Assembly (NCBI GenBank): GCA_030525665.1
Contig: JAUNEH010000004.1
Span: forward strand, 1-51,138
Direction of reading: 5' to 3'
Source: Ruminococcus sp.
GTDB taxonomy: Bacteria; Bacillota; Clostridia; Oscillospirales; Acutalibacteraceae
DNA length: 51,138 nucleotides
The position numbers and the translations under genes were made by a program. Of the stretch, positions 26,314-35,748 are shown one piece after another. Below the pieces are notes generated by a model that searched no databases, was not told where the DNA came from, and was given only the letters and a program-made list of their open reading frames with translations. Position 1 is the first letter of the stretch. Every line of letters begins with the position of its first letter.

Positions 26314-28701
26314 ATGTATCAGGTTATTAAAAGAGACGACTCCGTCGTAGAATTTGACCTTAAAAAAATCGCATCTGCTATTCAGCAGGCGTTTGAAGGT
26401 ATTAATAAAGAATACCACCCCTCAGTTGTAGATTTTCTTGCGTTAAAGGTTACAGCTGATTTCGAGCCTAAAATCGTTGACAACAAAATTGCTGTTGAGG
26501 ATATTCAGGACTCTGTCGAGGATGTATTGATTCAGGCAGGCTATGCAGACGTTGCAAAGGCATACATCGTTTACCGCCGCCAGAGAGCAAAGGTAAGAAA
26601 GATTAAGTCCACAATTCTTGACTACAAGGAAATCGTTGACAACTATGTTAAGATTAACGACTGGCGTGTTAAGGAAAATTCCACAGTTACATATTCAGTT
26701 GGCGGTCTTATTCTTTCTAACTCAGGTGCAATTACAGCTAACTACTGGCTTTCTGAAATTTACGACAAAGAAATTGCCGATGCTCACAGAAATGCTGACA
26801 TTCACATCCACGACCTTTCAATGCTTACAGGCTACTGTGCAGGCTGGTCCTTAAGACAGCTTATCGAGCAGGGCTTAGGCGGTATTACAGGCAAGGTTAC
26901 ATCTTCTCCTGCAAGCCATCTTGCAACACTTTGCAATCAGATGGTTAACTTCCTTGGTATTATGCAGAACGAGTGGGCAGGTGCTCAGGCGTTCAGCTCC
27001 TTCGATACATACCTTGCTCCCTTTGTTAAGGTTGATAACCTTTCCTACGACCAGGTTAAAAAGGCACTTGAGTCCTTTATCTTCGGTGTAAATACTCCTT
27101 CCCGTTGGGGTACACAGGCACCCTTTAGTAACATTACTCTTGACTGGGTAGTTCCGCCCGATTTGGCAGAACAGCCTGCAATCGTTGGCGGCAAGCCTCA
27201 GAACTTTAAGTACAAGGATTGCAAAAAGGAAATGGATATGATAAACAAGGCGTTTATCGAGATTATGATTGAGGGTGATGCCAACGGCAGAGGCTTCCAG
27301 TATCCCATTCCCACATACTCCATCACAAGAGATTTTGACTGGTCCGACACAGAGAACAACCGTCTTCTTTTCGAGATGGCTTCCAAATACGGCACACCCT
27401 ACTTCTCCAACTACATCAACTCCGATATGGAGCCTAACGATGTTCGTTCCATGTGCTGCAGACTCAGACTTGACCTTAGAGAGCTCAGAAAGAAGTCCGG
27501 CGGTTTCTTCGGCTCAGGCGAAAGCACAGGCTCAATCGGTGTTGTAACAATCAACATCCCCCGAATTGCTTACCTTGCTGAGAATGAAGCAGACTTTATG
27601 AAGCGTCTCGACTTTATGATGGACGTTTCCGCACGCTCACTTAAGATTAAGCGTGACGTTATTACAAAGCTTATGAACGAGGGCCTCTATCCCTATACAA
27701 AGCATTACCTCGGCACATTCAATAACCACTTCTCTACAATCGGTCTCGTCGGTATGAACGAGGCAGGTATGAATGCTAAGTGGATAGGAAAAGATATGAC
27801 ACACAAGGAGTGTCAGGACTTTACAGAGAGAGTCCTCAACCATATGAGAGAGCGTCTTTCCGACTATCAGGAAAGGTACGGCGACCTTTATAACCTTGAG
27901 GCTACTCCTGCTGAGTCTACAGCTTTCCGTCTTGCAAAGCACGACAAAAAGCGTTACCCCGAAATTATTACAGCTAACGAGGAAAGCGGCACACCTTATT
28001 ATACCAACAGCTCACACTTACCTGTTGGCTACACAGAGGATATCTTCTCTGCACTTGATGTTCAGGATAAGCTTCAGGTGCTTTACACATCAGGTACAGT
28101 ATTCCACGCATTCTTAGGCGAGAAGCTCCCCGATTGGCAGAGTGCCGCAAAGCTTGTTCGTACAATTGCTGAAAACTACAAGCTTCCTTACTACACACTT
28201 TCTCCCACATATTCTGTATGTAAGAACCACGGCTATATTCAGGGCGAGCAGTTTACCTGCCCTCACTGCGGTGAAAAAGCAGAGGTTTACAGCCGTATTA
28301 CAGGTTACTATCGTCCTGTTGCTAACTGGAACGACGGTAAGAGTCAGGAATACAAGGACAGACTTGTGTATAACATCGGCAAAAGCAAGCTTACCAGAAA
28401 CGGCGCAGCAGCTGCTGAGGCTGACAACGTAACCGAGCTTGCATCTGCTCAGCTTACAGACGGTCTTTACCTTTTCGCAACTCAGACCTGCCCCAACTGT
28501 AAGGCTATGGCAACACTCCTTGATAAAGCCGGCATCGGCTTTGAGAAAATCTTTGTAGAGGATAATCAGGAGCTGGCTAAAGCCTTAGGTCTTCGTCAGG
28601 CTCCCACGCTGGTTGAGGTTAAGGGTAATGAGGTTACAAAGTATGAGAACGTAGTTCCCATTAAAACCTATATCCAGAATAAAATCAAAAATATAGGATA
28701 A
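26314..28701 (+). CDS. nrdD: Anaerobic (class III) ribonucleoside-triphosphate reductase with an ATP cone and a C-terminal glutaredoxin/NrdH-like domain
   Basis: VIKRD ATP cone, HIHDL, SMCCRL finger loop, C..HGY..CPHC zinc site, YSRITGYYRP glycyl-radical loop, C-terminal TCPNC..QAPTL. AAAGGA RBS precedes the ATG at 26314. Confidence 0.95.
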   Translation: MYQVIKRDDSVVEFDLKKIASAIQQAFEGINKEYHPSVVDFLALKVTADFEPKIVDNKIAVEDIQDSVEDVLIQAGYADVAKAYIVYRRQRAKVRKIKSTILDYKEIVDNYVKINDWRVKENSTVTYSVGGLILSNSGAITANYWLSEIYDKEIADAHRNADIHIHDLSMLTGYCAGWSLRQLIEQGLGGITGKVTSSPASHLATLCNQMVNFLGIMQNEWAGAQAFSSFDTYLAPFVKVDNLSYDQVKKALESFIFGVNTPSRWGTQAPFSNITLDWVVPPDLAEQPAIVGGKPQNFKYKDCKKEMDMINKAFIEIMIEGDANGRGFQYPIPTYSITRDFDWSDTENNRLLFEMASKYGTPYFSNYINSDMEPNDVRSMCCRLRLDLRELRKKSGGFFGSGESTGSIGVVTINIPRIAYLAENEADFMKRLDFMMDVSARSLKIKRDVITKLMNEGLYPYTKHYLGTFNNHFSTIGLVGMNEAGMNAKWIGKDMTHKECQDFTERVLNHMRERLSDYQERYGDLYNLEATPAESTAFRLAKHDKKRYPEIITANEESGTPYYTNSSHLPVGYTEDIFSALDVQDKLQVLYTSGTVFHAFLGEKLPDWQSAAKLVRTIAENYKLPYYTLSPTYSVCKNHGYIQGEQFTCPHCGEKAEVYSRITGYYRPVANWNDGKSQEYKDRLVYNIGKSKLTRNGAAAAEADNVTELASAQLTDGLYLFATQTCPNCKAMATLLDKAGIGFEKIFVEDNQELAKALGLRQAPTLVEVKGNEVTKYENVVPIKTYIQNKIKNIG

Positions 28702-28737
28702 TTTAAAATTATGCTTTCCTTAGAGTTAAGGACGGCT

Positions 28738-28767
28738 TGTAGGGGAGGCGGGAACGCCTCCCCTACA
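28738..28767. repeat. Perfect 13-bp hairpin of GTAG-REP type between nrdD and trxB
   Basis: tgtaggggaggcg-ggaa-cgcctcccctaca, with no U tract. Confidence 0.6.
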
Positions 28768-28795
28768 ATAAATTGTGCTAAATAAAGAGGTTAAT

Positions 28796-29701
28796 ATGTA
28801 CGACATTATTATTATCGGCGGCGGCCCTGCAGGCTTAACCGCCGTGGTTTACGCAAGACGTGCAGGCAAGTCTGCATTGGTGTTAGAGAAAGCCTCCTTC
28901 GGCGGTCAGATTACCTATTCTCCTAAAATTGAAAATTTCCCCTCAGCTGTGTCCATCAGCGGTACTGAGCTTGCCGACAAAATGATGGAGCAGGCTCTTG
29001 CTCAGGGTGCAGATATTGAGCTTGAAGAGGCTGTGAGCGTAGAAAAAGCTGACGGTATTTTCAAGGTTACTACTGATTTTTCAGAATATGAGTCAAAGGC
29101 GATAGTTATTGCCACAGGTGCCAAGCACCGTCTTTTGGGTGTAGAGGGCGAAGAAAGCTTGGTTGGCAAAGGCATATCCTTCTGTGCAGTTTGCGACGGT
29201 GCTTTTTATGCAGGTAAAGAGGTAATGGTTATCGGCGGAGGTAACTCTGCGTTAGTTGAGGCTACACTTCTTGCCGAAACCTGTAAAAAAGTTACTGTTG
29301 TGCAGAATCTTCCTTACCTTACAGGTGAGAAAACTACGGCTGATGCTTTGCTTGCAAGAGATAACGTAGAGGCTATTTATTCCACAGTTGTCAAGGAGTT
29401 TAAGGGCGAAGACGAGCTTGAAGCGGTTGTGCTTAAAGCAGAGGACGGTACCGAAACTACTCTTAACCCTGATGGTGTATTTATAGCAATTGGTTTAGCT
29501 CCGGAAAATACAGCTTTTAAAAATCTTGCCGAGCTTAACGAGCAGGGTTATATTAAAGCAAATGAAGATTGCCTTACAAAAACAGAGGGTGTTTTTGTTG
29601 CAGGCGACTGCCGTACAAAATCAGTCCGCCAGATTGCAACTGCTACTGCAGACGGTGCTGTAGCCGCATTGAAAGCAGTCGAATATATTGACGCCCGTTA
29701 G
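28796..29701 (+). CDS. trxB: Thioredoxin-disulfide reductase family protein
   Basis: GGGPAGLTA, GGQI, IATGA, SFCAVCDG redox dithiol, GGGNSA, FVAGD. GAGG RBS precedes the ATG at 28796. Confidence 0.9.
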   Translation: MYDIIIIGGGPAGLTAVVYARRAGKSALVLEKASFGGQITYSPKIENFPSAVSISGTELADKMMEQALAQGADIELEEAVSVEKADGIFKVTTDFSEYESKAIVIATGAKHRLLGVEGEESLVGKGISFCAVCDGAFYAGKEVMVIGGGNSALVEATLLAETCKKVTVVQNLPYLTGEKTTADALLARDNVEAIYSTVVKEFKGEDELEAVVLKAEDGTETTLNPDGVFIAIGLAPENTAFKNLAELNEQGYIKANEDCLTKTEGVFVAGDCRTKSVRQIATATADGAVAALKAVEYIDAR

Positions 29702-29739
29702 CCGTGGCGGGCAATTCGCCTACGTAAAACATTAATTTA

Positions 29740-29770
29740 ACAAAAGCCCCGCCGTCAGGCGGGGTTTTGT
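29740..29770. terminator. Rho-independent terminator
   Basis: acaaaagccccgcc-gtca-ggcggggttttgt. Confidence 0.8.
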
Positions 29771-29944
29771 GTTCTGCATTTACTTTACTGGATTTATAGA
29801 TTACAGGTATTTATTTTGCTGAAATCGTTATATATTTAAAGTGTAAAAAATGGTATTATACTTTTTGTAGGAACGGAGCATCTTTAATAATCTGCGGAAG
29901 GTTGAAAAATAGGTTTAACCGGTGCTCCGTTTTCTACGACTTTA

Positions 29945-29973
29945 TTGACGTAAAAATAGACTTACTATATAAT
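29945..29973 (+). promoter_or_regulatory. SigA-type promoter of the helicase gene
   Basis: TTGACG, 17 bp, TATAAT. Confidence 0.7.
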
Positions 29974-29995
29974 TATCTTATCCTGAAACGGAGGG

Positions 29996-32155
29996 ATGAA
30001 AATGGCGAATATGGAAAGGCCCGATTCCGCTTTAGTCAAGGAGCTTGCCGCCAAGGCTAATGCACAGCTTGCAGGCTTTAAAGCTATTATTGACAGCGAG
30101 TCTATAGAGCGTGAGGCTGTCAGAATAAAGGCTCAGGCTCTTTTTGATGACAGGCTGAAAACCGCATTGGAAGCTATAGAGGTCGAGCATCTTGCCAGAG
30201 GCAAGCAGGGTATACGGGTTGCACTTTTAAGAGAAAAAGGCTACACCAATATGTGGCAGATTAGCAAGCTCGGATTTTCTCAGATTTGTGCTATCGAGGG
30301 CTTGGGCGAGCAAAGTGCCCGCAAGATTCTTGACATTGCAAAAGAAACCTTAGAAAACACTAAGGAAAACCTGAGGGTTCGAATTAATGCAGACTCTCCG
30401 GTTAAGGCTGACGAGGAGCTTGTCAAAGCTTTGTATGTAATGATTAAAAATCAGCCTTTGCGTAGTGAGTGTGCCTCAGTTTATGGCGAAAATCATCAGG
30501 CGGTTAATTCAGAACTTTCGGCTGTTAAAAAAGCCAAAAGCGGACTTAGTTGGCTGTTTGCGTCAAAGGCGAAGAAGCAAAGTGCCTGTAATGCCGCAGT
30601 TTCGCTTCAAAACAGGCTTTCAGGTGATTTTGGCAGGATAGATATAATGAATTCTTTTAAAGAAAATAATAATGCCGACTATGCTTTTTGTTTTGCTGAT
30701 TTTGCCGCAAACTCGGTGGCTTACTACACAGCTTTGGAGCAGGTAGGAAAATCTTGGGGTAAAGAAAATGTAAGCGACACAGGGCTTTCATCAGAGCTCC
30801 TTGCTGAGATTGAAGCTCAAAACCTTAACCTTGAAGGGCTTAAGGCTACCTTAAGAAGCTACCAGACCTTCGGCGTTAAGTACATAGTCCACCAGAAGCG
30901 TTCGCTGTTGGGCGACGAAATGGGTCTTGGCAAAACTATGCAGGCTATTGCTTCAATGTGTGCTTTAAAAAACGAAGGCAAGCATCATTTTATGGTGGTG
31001 TGCCCTGCAAGTGTTCTTATTAACTGGTGTCGCGAAATCGTAAAGTTTTCGGATTTTGAGGTTACCAAGGTTCATGGTTCAGACGAGCAGGCACTGCTTC
31101 ATTGGCGTAAAAACGGCGGCGTTGCCGTTACTACCTACGAGTCAATAAGCCGTTTTGAGCTTCCAGAAAAGTTTAAGTTTGCAATGCTTGTGGCTGACGA
31201 AGCTCATTACGTAAAAAATCCCGAGGCAAAGCGTACCAAAGCTCTTGCTTCTTTGCTTTCTAAAACCGAGAGCGTACTTTTTATGTCGGGTACGCCATTG
31301 GAAAATAAGGTAGAGGAAATGTGCTTTCTTGTAAGTCTTTTGAATAAAGAGATTTCTGCAGAGATTGAGAAGGTAAAGTATATTTCTACCGCAGAGCAGT
31401 TCAGGACAGAACTTGCACCTGTTTACTTAAGAAGAACACGTGAGGATGTGCTTACAGAGCTTCCCGAGCTTGTGGAAAAAGAGCAGTGGTGCGAAATGAA
31501 CAAGACTGAGCTTAGTGCTTACCGCGACGCTGTTTTAAGCGAAAACTTTATGGCAATGCGTCAGGTAAGCTGGAATGTTTCTCACATAAACGATTCTACA
31601 AAGGCTCAGAGGCTTTTAGAACTTTGCGACAAAGCAAAGGAAGAAGGCAGAAAGGTTATAGTGTTCTCGTTTTTCCGCGAAACCTTGCGTAAGGCGTCAG
31701 AGCTTTTAGGCGACAGATGTATGGAGGTTATTACAGGTGAAGTTTCTCCTCAGAGACGTCAAGAGATTGTGGACGAATTCGGTAAGGCAGACGCAGGTGC
31801 CGTACTTATAAGTCAGGTACAGGCAGGCGGAACAGGTCTGAATATTCAGAGTGCAAGTGTCATTATTTTCTGCGAGCCTCAGATTAAGCCTTCTATTGAA
31901 AATCAGGCAATTTCTCGTGCTTACCGAATGGGTCAGGTAAGGGATGTGCTTGTTTACAGGTTACTGAGCGACGAAACCATTGACGAAAGAATGCTTAATA
32001 TCCTCAGTACCAAACAGGAAGCCTTTGATAATTTTGCCGATAAGTCTGTTATTGGCGAAGAAGCTCTTGAGATTGAAGAATCTGTAGAGACAGCTGAAGA
32101 CTCGTGGATTTCACAAATGGTTAAGGCTGAAAAAGAAAGGCTCAGTAATTGTTAA
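29996..32155 (+). CDS. SNF2-family (SF2) helicase/ATPase with an N-terminal helix-hairpin-helix-like region
   Basis: LRSYQ, DEMGLGKT, VVCPAS, DEAH, SGTPLEN, AGGTGLN, QAISRAYRMGQ. N-terminal IEGLGEQSARKI. Confidence 0.92.
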   Translation: MKMANMERPDSALVKELAAKANAQLAGFKAIIDSESIEREAVRIKAQALFDDRLKTALEAIEVEHLARGKQGIRVALLREKGYTNMWQISKLGFSQICAIEGLGEQSARKILDIAKETLENTKENLRVRINADSPVKADEELVKALYVMIKNQPLRSECASVYGENHQAVNSELSAVKKAKSGLSWLFASKAKKQSACNAAVSLQNRLSGDFGRIDIMNSFKENNNADYAFCFADFAANSVAYYTALEQVGKSWGKENVSDTGLSSELLAEIEAQNLNLEGLKATLRSYQTFGVKYIVHQKRSLLGDEMGLGKTMQAIASMCALKNEGKHHFMVVCPASVLINWCREIVKFSDFEVTKVHGSDEQALLHWRKNGGVAVTTYESISRFELPEKFKFAMLVADEAHYVKNPEAKRTKALASLLSKTESVLFMSGTPLENKVEEMCFLVSLLNKEISAEIEKVKYISTAEQFRTELAPVYLRRTREDVLTELPELVEKEQWCEMNKTELSAYRDAVLSENFMAMRQVSWNVSHINDSTKAQRLLELCDKAKEEGRKVIVFSFFRETLRKASELLGDRCMEVITGEVSPQRRQEIVDEFGKADAGAVLISQVQAGGTGLNIQSASVIIFCEPQIKPSIENQAISRAYRMGQVRDVLVYRLLSDETIDERMLNILSTKQEAFDNFADKSVIGEEALEIEESVETAEDSWISQMVKAEKERLSNC

Positions 32156-32253
32156 AATTAAGATAGTATTTGACACCTTTAGCCAGTAGGTGTAAAATAA
32201 AATGGGACTTTACAAATTATACTTTTATTATATTTCGGAAGGAGATATTATTT

Positions 32254-33666
32254 ATGGGACTTATTAAAGCAGGCGTTGGTGCAGTTGGCGGCGTAATGGC
32301 TGACCAGTGGAAAGAATTTTTCTATTGCGAAGCTTTAGACAGAGACGTTTTAGTAAAAAAAGGTACTAAGCAGATTGGAGGTCGTTCCTCCAACACAAAA
32401 GCAAGCGACAACATTATTTCTAACGGCTCAGGTATTGCCGTTGCAGATGGTCAGTGTATGCTGATTGTTGACCAGGGTAAGGTTGTTGAGGTTTGCGCAG
32501 AGCCCGGTGAGTTTACATACGATTCATCTACAGAGCCTTCTATCTTCGAGGGTAAGCTGGGCAAAGGTATTGTTGATACCTTCAAGGCTATCGGTAAGCG
32601 TTTTGCTTACGGTGGCGACACAGGTAAAGACCAGCGTGTTTATTATATCAACACAAAGGAGATTATGGACAACAAGTTCGGTACTCCTAACCCCATTCCT
32701 TTCAGAGTTGTTGACTCTAAGATTGATTTGGACGTTGACGTAAGCATACGTTGTTCAGGTGTTTACTCTTACAAAATAGAAGACCCTCTTCTTTTCTATA
32801 CAAATGTATGTGCAAACGTTACTGACGAGTTTACAAGAAGCGAGATAGACCAGCAGCTCAAGACTGAGTTTGTAAGTGCTCTTGCACCTTCTTTTGCAAA
32901 GCTTTCTGCTTTAGAGATCAGACCTAATGCAATTCCCGGTTATATGCCTGAAATGGAAGCCGCAGTTAACGAGGCTCTTAAAGCAAAGTGGGCTGAGCTC
33001 AGAGGTCTTAAGGTTGTTTCCGTTGCTATGAACGTTCCCGTGCTTCCTGACGAAGACCAGCAGATGCTTAAAGATGCTCAGCATGAAGCTCGCCTTCGTA
33101 ATCCCGGACTTGCAGCTGCTCATATGGTTGGCGCTCAGGCAGAGGCAATGAAAACTGCCGCAGGTAACAAGGGCGGTGCCATGATGGGCTTTATGGGCAT
33201 GAATATGGCCATGAACGCAGGCGGTATGAACGCAGGTAACCTTTTTGCTATGGACCAGCAGAACCAGCAGGCTCAGGCACAGGCAGCTCAGGCTCAGCAG
33301 GCAAATGCTAACTCATGGACTTGTGCTTGCGGTGCAACTGTAAACGGCAACTTCTGTCCTCAGTGTGGTGCCAAAAAGCCCGAACCCAAGCCCGCAAATG
33401 GCTGGAATTGTGCCTGCGGTGCAGTTGCAACAGGCAAATTCTGCCCCGAGTGCGGAGCTAAAAAGCCCGAAGAGCAGAAGGGCTGGACTTGTGTTTGCGG
33501 AGAAGTAAACCTTGGCAAATTCTGTGCCGAATGCGGTGCCAAAAAGCCTGAGGGTGCACCTCTTTATAAGTGCGACAAGTGCGGTTGGGAGCCCGAAGAC
33601 CCCAAGAATCCTCCTAAGTTCTGCCCCGAGTGCGGAGACCTTTTTGACGATAACGACAAGCAGTAA
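32254..33666 (+). CDS. SPFH/band-7 domain protein with C-terminal zinc ribbons (YdjI-like)
   Basis: DQWKEFF, NIISNGSGIAV, KFGTPNPIPF, a Gly/Met-rich hinge, three W.C.CG..N.GKFC.ECG repeats and a final CDKC..FCPECG. GGAG RBS precedes the ATG at 32254. Confidence 0.85.
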   Translation: MGLIKAGVGAVGGVMADQWKEFFYCEALDRDVLVKKGTKQIGGRSSNTKASDNIISNGSGIAVADGQCMLIVDQGKVVEVCAEPGEFTYDSSTEPSIFEGKLGKGIVDTFKAIGKRFAYGGDTGKDQRVYYINTKEIMDNKFGTPNPIPFRVVDSKIDLDVDVSIRCSGVYSYKIEDPLLFYTNVCANVTDEFTRSEIDQQLKTEFVSALAPSFAKLSALEIRPNAIPGYMPEMEAAVNEALKAKWAELRGLKVVSVAMNVPVLPDEDQQMLKDAQHEARLRNPGLAAAHMVGAQAEAMKTAAGNKGGAMMGFMGMNMAMNAGGMNAGNLFAMDQQNQQAQAQAAQAQQANANSWTCACGATVNGNFCPQCGAKKPEPKPANGWNCACGAVATGKFCPECGAKKPEEQKGWTCVCGEVNLGKFCAECGAKKPEGAPLYKCDKCGWEPEDPKNPPKFCPECGDLFDDNDKQ

Positions 33667-33732
33667 TTTAATTAAATCAATCGGCTCTCCTTTACCGGGA
33701 GAGCCGAACTAAAGAAAGAAGGAGAGGGTAAA

Positions 33733-34818
33733 ATGTCTACACTTCTTGACTATAAATGTCCATGCTGTGGCGGTGCCATAGAGTTCAACACCTCGGTGCA
33801 GAAAATGAAGTGCCCTTACTGTGACACCGAGTTTGAAATGGATGCATTAAAAGAATATGACCAAGAGCTTAAAAATGATGCTCAGGACGATATGCAGTGG
33901 GAAACAAACGCAGGTGCCGAGTGGCAGGGTGAGGACGAAAACCTTGTTACTTATGTGTGCAAATCCTGTGCAGGCGAAATTGTCTGCGACAAAACTACTG
34001 CCGCTACTTCTTGCCCATACTGCGGAAACCCCGTTGTTATGACAGGTAACCTTTCGGGTATGCTTAAGCCTGATTTTATTATTCCCTTTAAGCTTGACAA
34101 AAAAGCCGCCAAGGACGGCTACTTCAATCACATCAAGGGCAAGCGTCTTTTGCCCAAGATTTTTAAAGAGCAAAACCACATTGACGAGATTAAGGGCGTT
34201 TACGTTCCTGTGTGGCTTTTTGATGCAGGTGCAGATGCTAACATCCGCTACCGAGCTACAAGGGTTCGTCATTGGAGCGACAGCAACTATAGCTACACCG
34301 AAACTAAGTATTACGCCATTTTAAGAGGCGGCAGTATCGCCTTTGAGCGTGTACCTGTTGACGGAAGCGAGAAAATGGATGATACATTAATGGAGTCTAT
34401 CGAGCCTTATAACTTTAATGAGGCTGTGGATTTCCAGACGGCTTATATGGCAGGCTACCTTGCTGACAAGTACGACGTTACTGCCGAGCAGAGCATAACT
34501 CGTGCCAATGAGCGAATCAAGCGTTCTACTGAAGAAGCTTTCCGTTCGACAGTACAGGGTTATACTACGGTTATGCCAGAAAACACTCATATCCATTTGA
34601 ATAACGGTAAGGCTAAGTATGCACTTTACCCTGTGTGGCTTTTAAACACTACGTATCAGGATAAAAAGTACACCTTTGCCATGAACGGTCAGACAGGTAA
34701 GTTTGTCGGCGATTTACCTTGCGACAAGGGACTTTTCAAAAAGTATCTTTTCACAATTGCAGGTATAGCTACAGCGGCGGCGTTTGCCTTAAGCTGGCTT
34801 GTGTACCTTATTTTTTAA
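33733..34818 (+). CDS. Double zinc-ribbon membrane-anchored protein (YdjG-like)
   Basis: CPCCGG..CPYCD, CKSCAG..CPYCG, YVPVWLFD, NGQTGK and a C-terminal TM helix. Confidence 0.8.
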   Translation: MSTLLDYKCPCCGGAIEFNTSVQKMKCPYCDTEFEMDALKEYDQELKNDAQDDMQWETNAGAEWQGEDENLVTYVCKSCAGEIVCDKTTAATSCPYCGNPVVMTGNLSGMLKPDFIIPFKLDKKAAKDGYFNHIKGKRLLPKIFKEQNHIDEIKGVYVPVWLFDAGADANIRYRATRVRHWSDSNYSYTETKYYAILRGGSIAFERVPVDGSEKMDDTLMESIEPYNFNEAVDFQTAYMAGYLADKYDVTAEQSITRANERIKRSTEEAFRSTVQGYTTVMPENTHIHLNNGKAKYALYPVWLLNTTYQDKKYTFAMNGQTGKFVGDLPCDKGLFKKYLFTIAGIATAAAFALSWLVYLIF

Positions 34819-34832
34819 GGGGGTAGAGTAAA

Positions 34833-35639
34833 ATGAAAAAGATTATTGCTGTTTTGTTCTGCCTTTTGATTACGGCTTCGGCTTTCGTTGCGGTATCTGC
34901 TGAAGTTGTTGGCGATGAAAGACTTCAGCCAAGACTCGTTGACGGTGCTGATATTCTTACTGACTCAGAGGAAGCAGATATTCTTTCAAAGCTTGATAAT
35001 GCAAGCGTAGAGCTTCAGTTTGATATTGTTATTGCCACTACCTATGGCTTAGGCGGCGAACACATCCGAGATGTTGCTGACGATTATTATGATTACAACG
35101 GCTTCGGTTACGGTAGTAATGCTGACGGCTGTGTTCTGCTTGTTGATATGCAGGGCAGAGACTGGTGGATATCTACCTCGGGTTACGGAATAACCGCCTT
35201 AACTGATGCAGGCATAGAATATATCGGTAATCAGTTTGAGAGTGATCTTTCAGACGGTTACTATTCTGAGGCATTTGAAACTTACGTATCACAGGTTGAG
35301 GCTTTTGTTAACCAGGCAATGACCGACAAGCCCTACGATACAGGAAATCTTCCTAAAGATGGTTACAATTGGTTTTTCGGCATAGTTTTCTCACTAGTAG
35401 CAGGTTTTGTTATTGCTTTTATTTCTGTTTTAGTTATGAAGGGAAAGCTGAAGTCCGTCAGACGTCAGCCGGCCGCTAAGGATTATCTTGTGCCCGGCAG
35501 TATGAACGTTACATCAAGCCGCGATATTTTCCTTTATCGCAACGTTACAAAACGAGCCAAGCCCAAGGAAAGCTCAGGCTCAAGTACACACACATCTTCC
35601 TCCGGCAGAAGTCATGGCGGAGGCGGCGGAAGCTTCTAA
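34833..35639 (+). CDS. TPM-domain membrane protein (YdjH-like)
   Basis: Signal peptide, LVDGADILT.SEE, ADDYYD, one TM helix, Ser/Gly tail ending HGGGGGSF. Confidence 0.85.
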   Translation: MKKIIAVLFCLLITASAFVAVSAEVVGDERLQPRLVDGADILTDSEEADILSKLDNASVELQFDIVIATTYGLGGEHIRDVADDYYDYNGFGYGSNADGCVLLVDMQGRDWWISTSGYGITALTDAGIEYIGNQFESDLSDGYYSEAFETYVSQVEAFVNQAMTDKPYDTGNLPKDGYNWFFGIVFSLVAGFVIAFISVLVMKGKLKSVRRQPAAKDYLVPGSMNVTSSRDIFLYRNVTKRAKPKESSGSSTHTSSSGRSHGGGGGSF

Positions 35640-35644
35640 GAATA

Positions 35645-35678
35645 AAAAACCACGGATTGAAAAATCCGTGGTTTTTTT
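35645..35678. terminator. Bidirectional terminator
   Basis: aaaaaccacggatt-gaaa-aatccgtggttttttt between convergent genes. Confidence 0.85.
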
Positions 35679-35748
35679 AATGACTAATGATTTTTGAATA
35701 TTGAATAGTGAAAATTGCGGTTTCACGCGTTGCGTGCGATTATATAAT

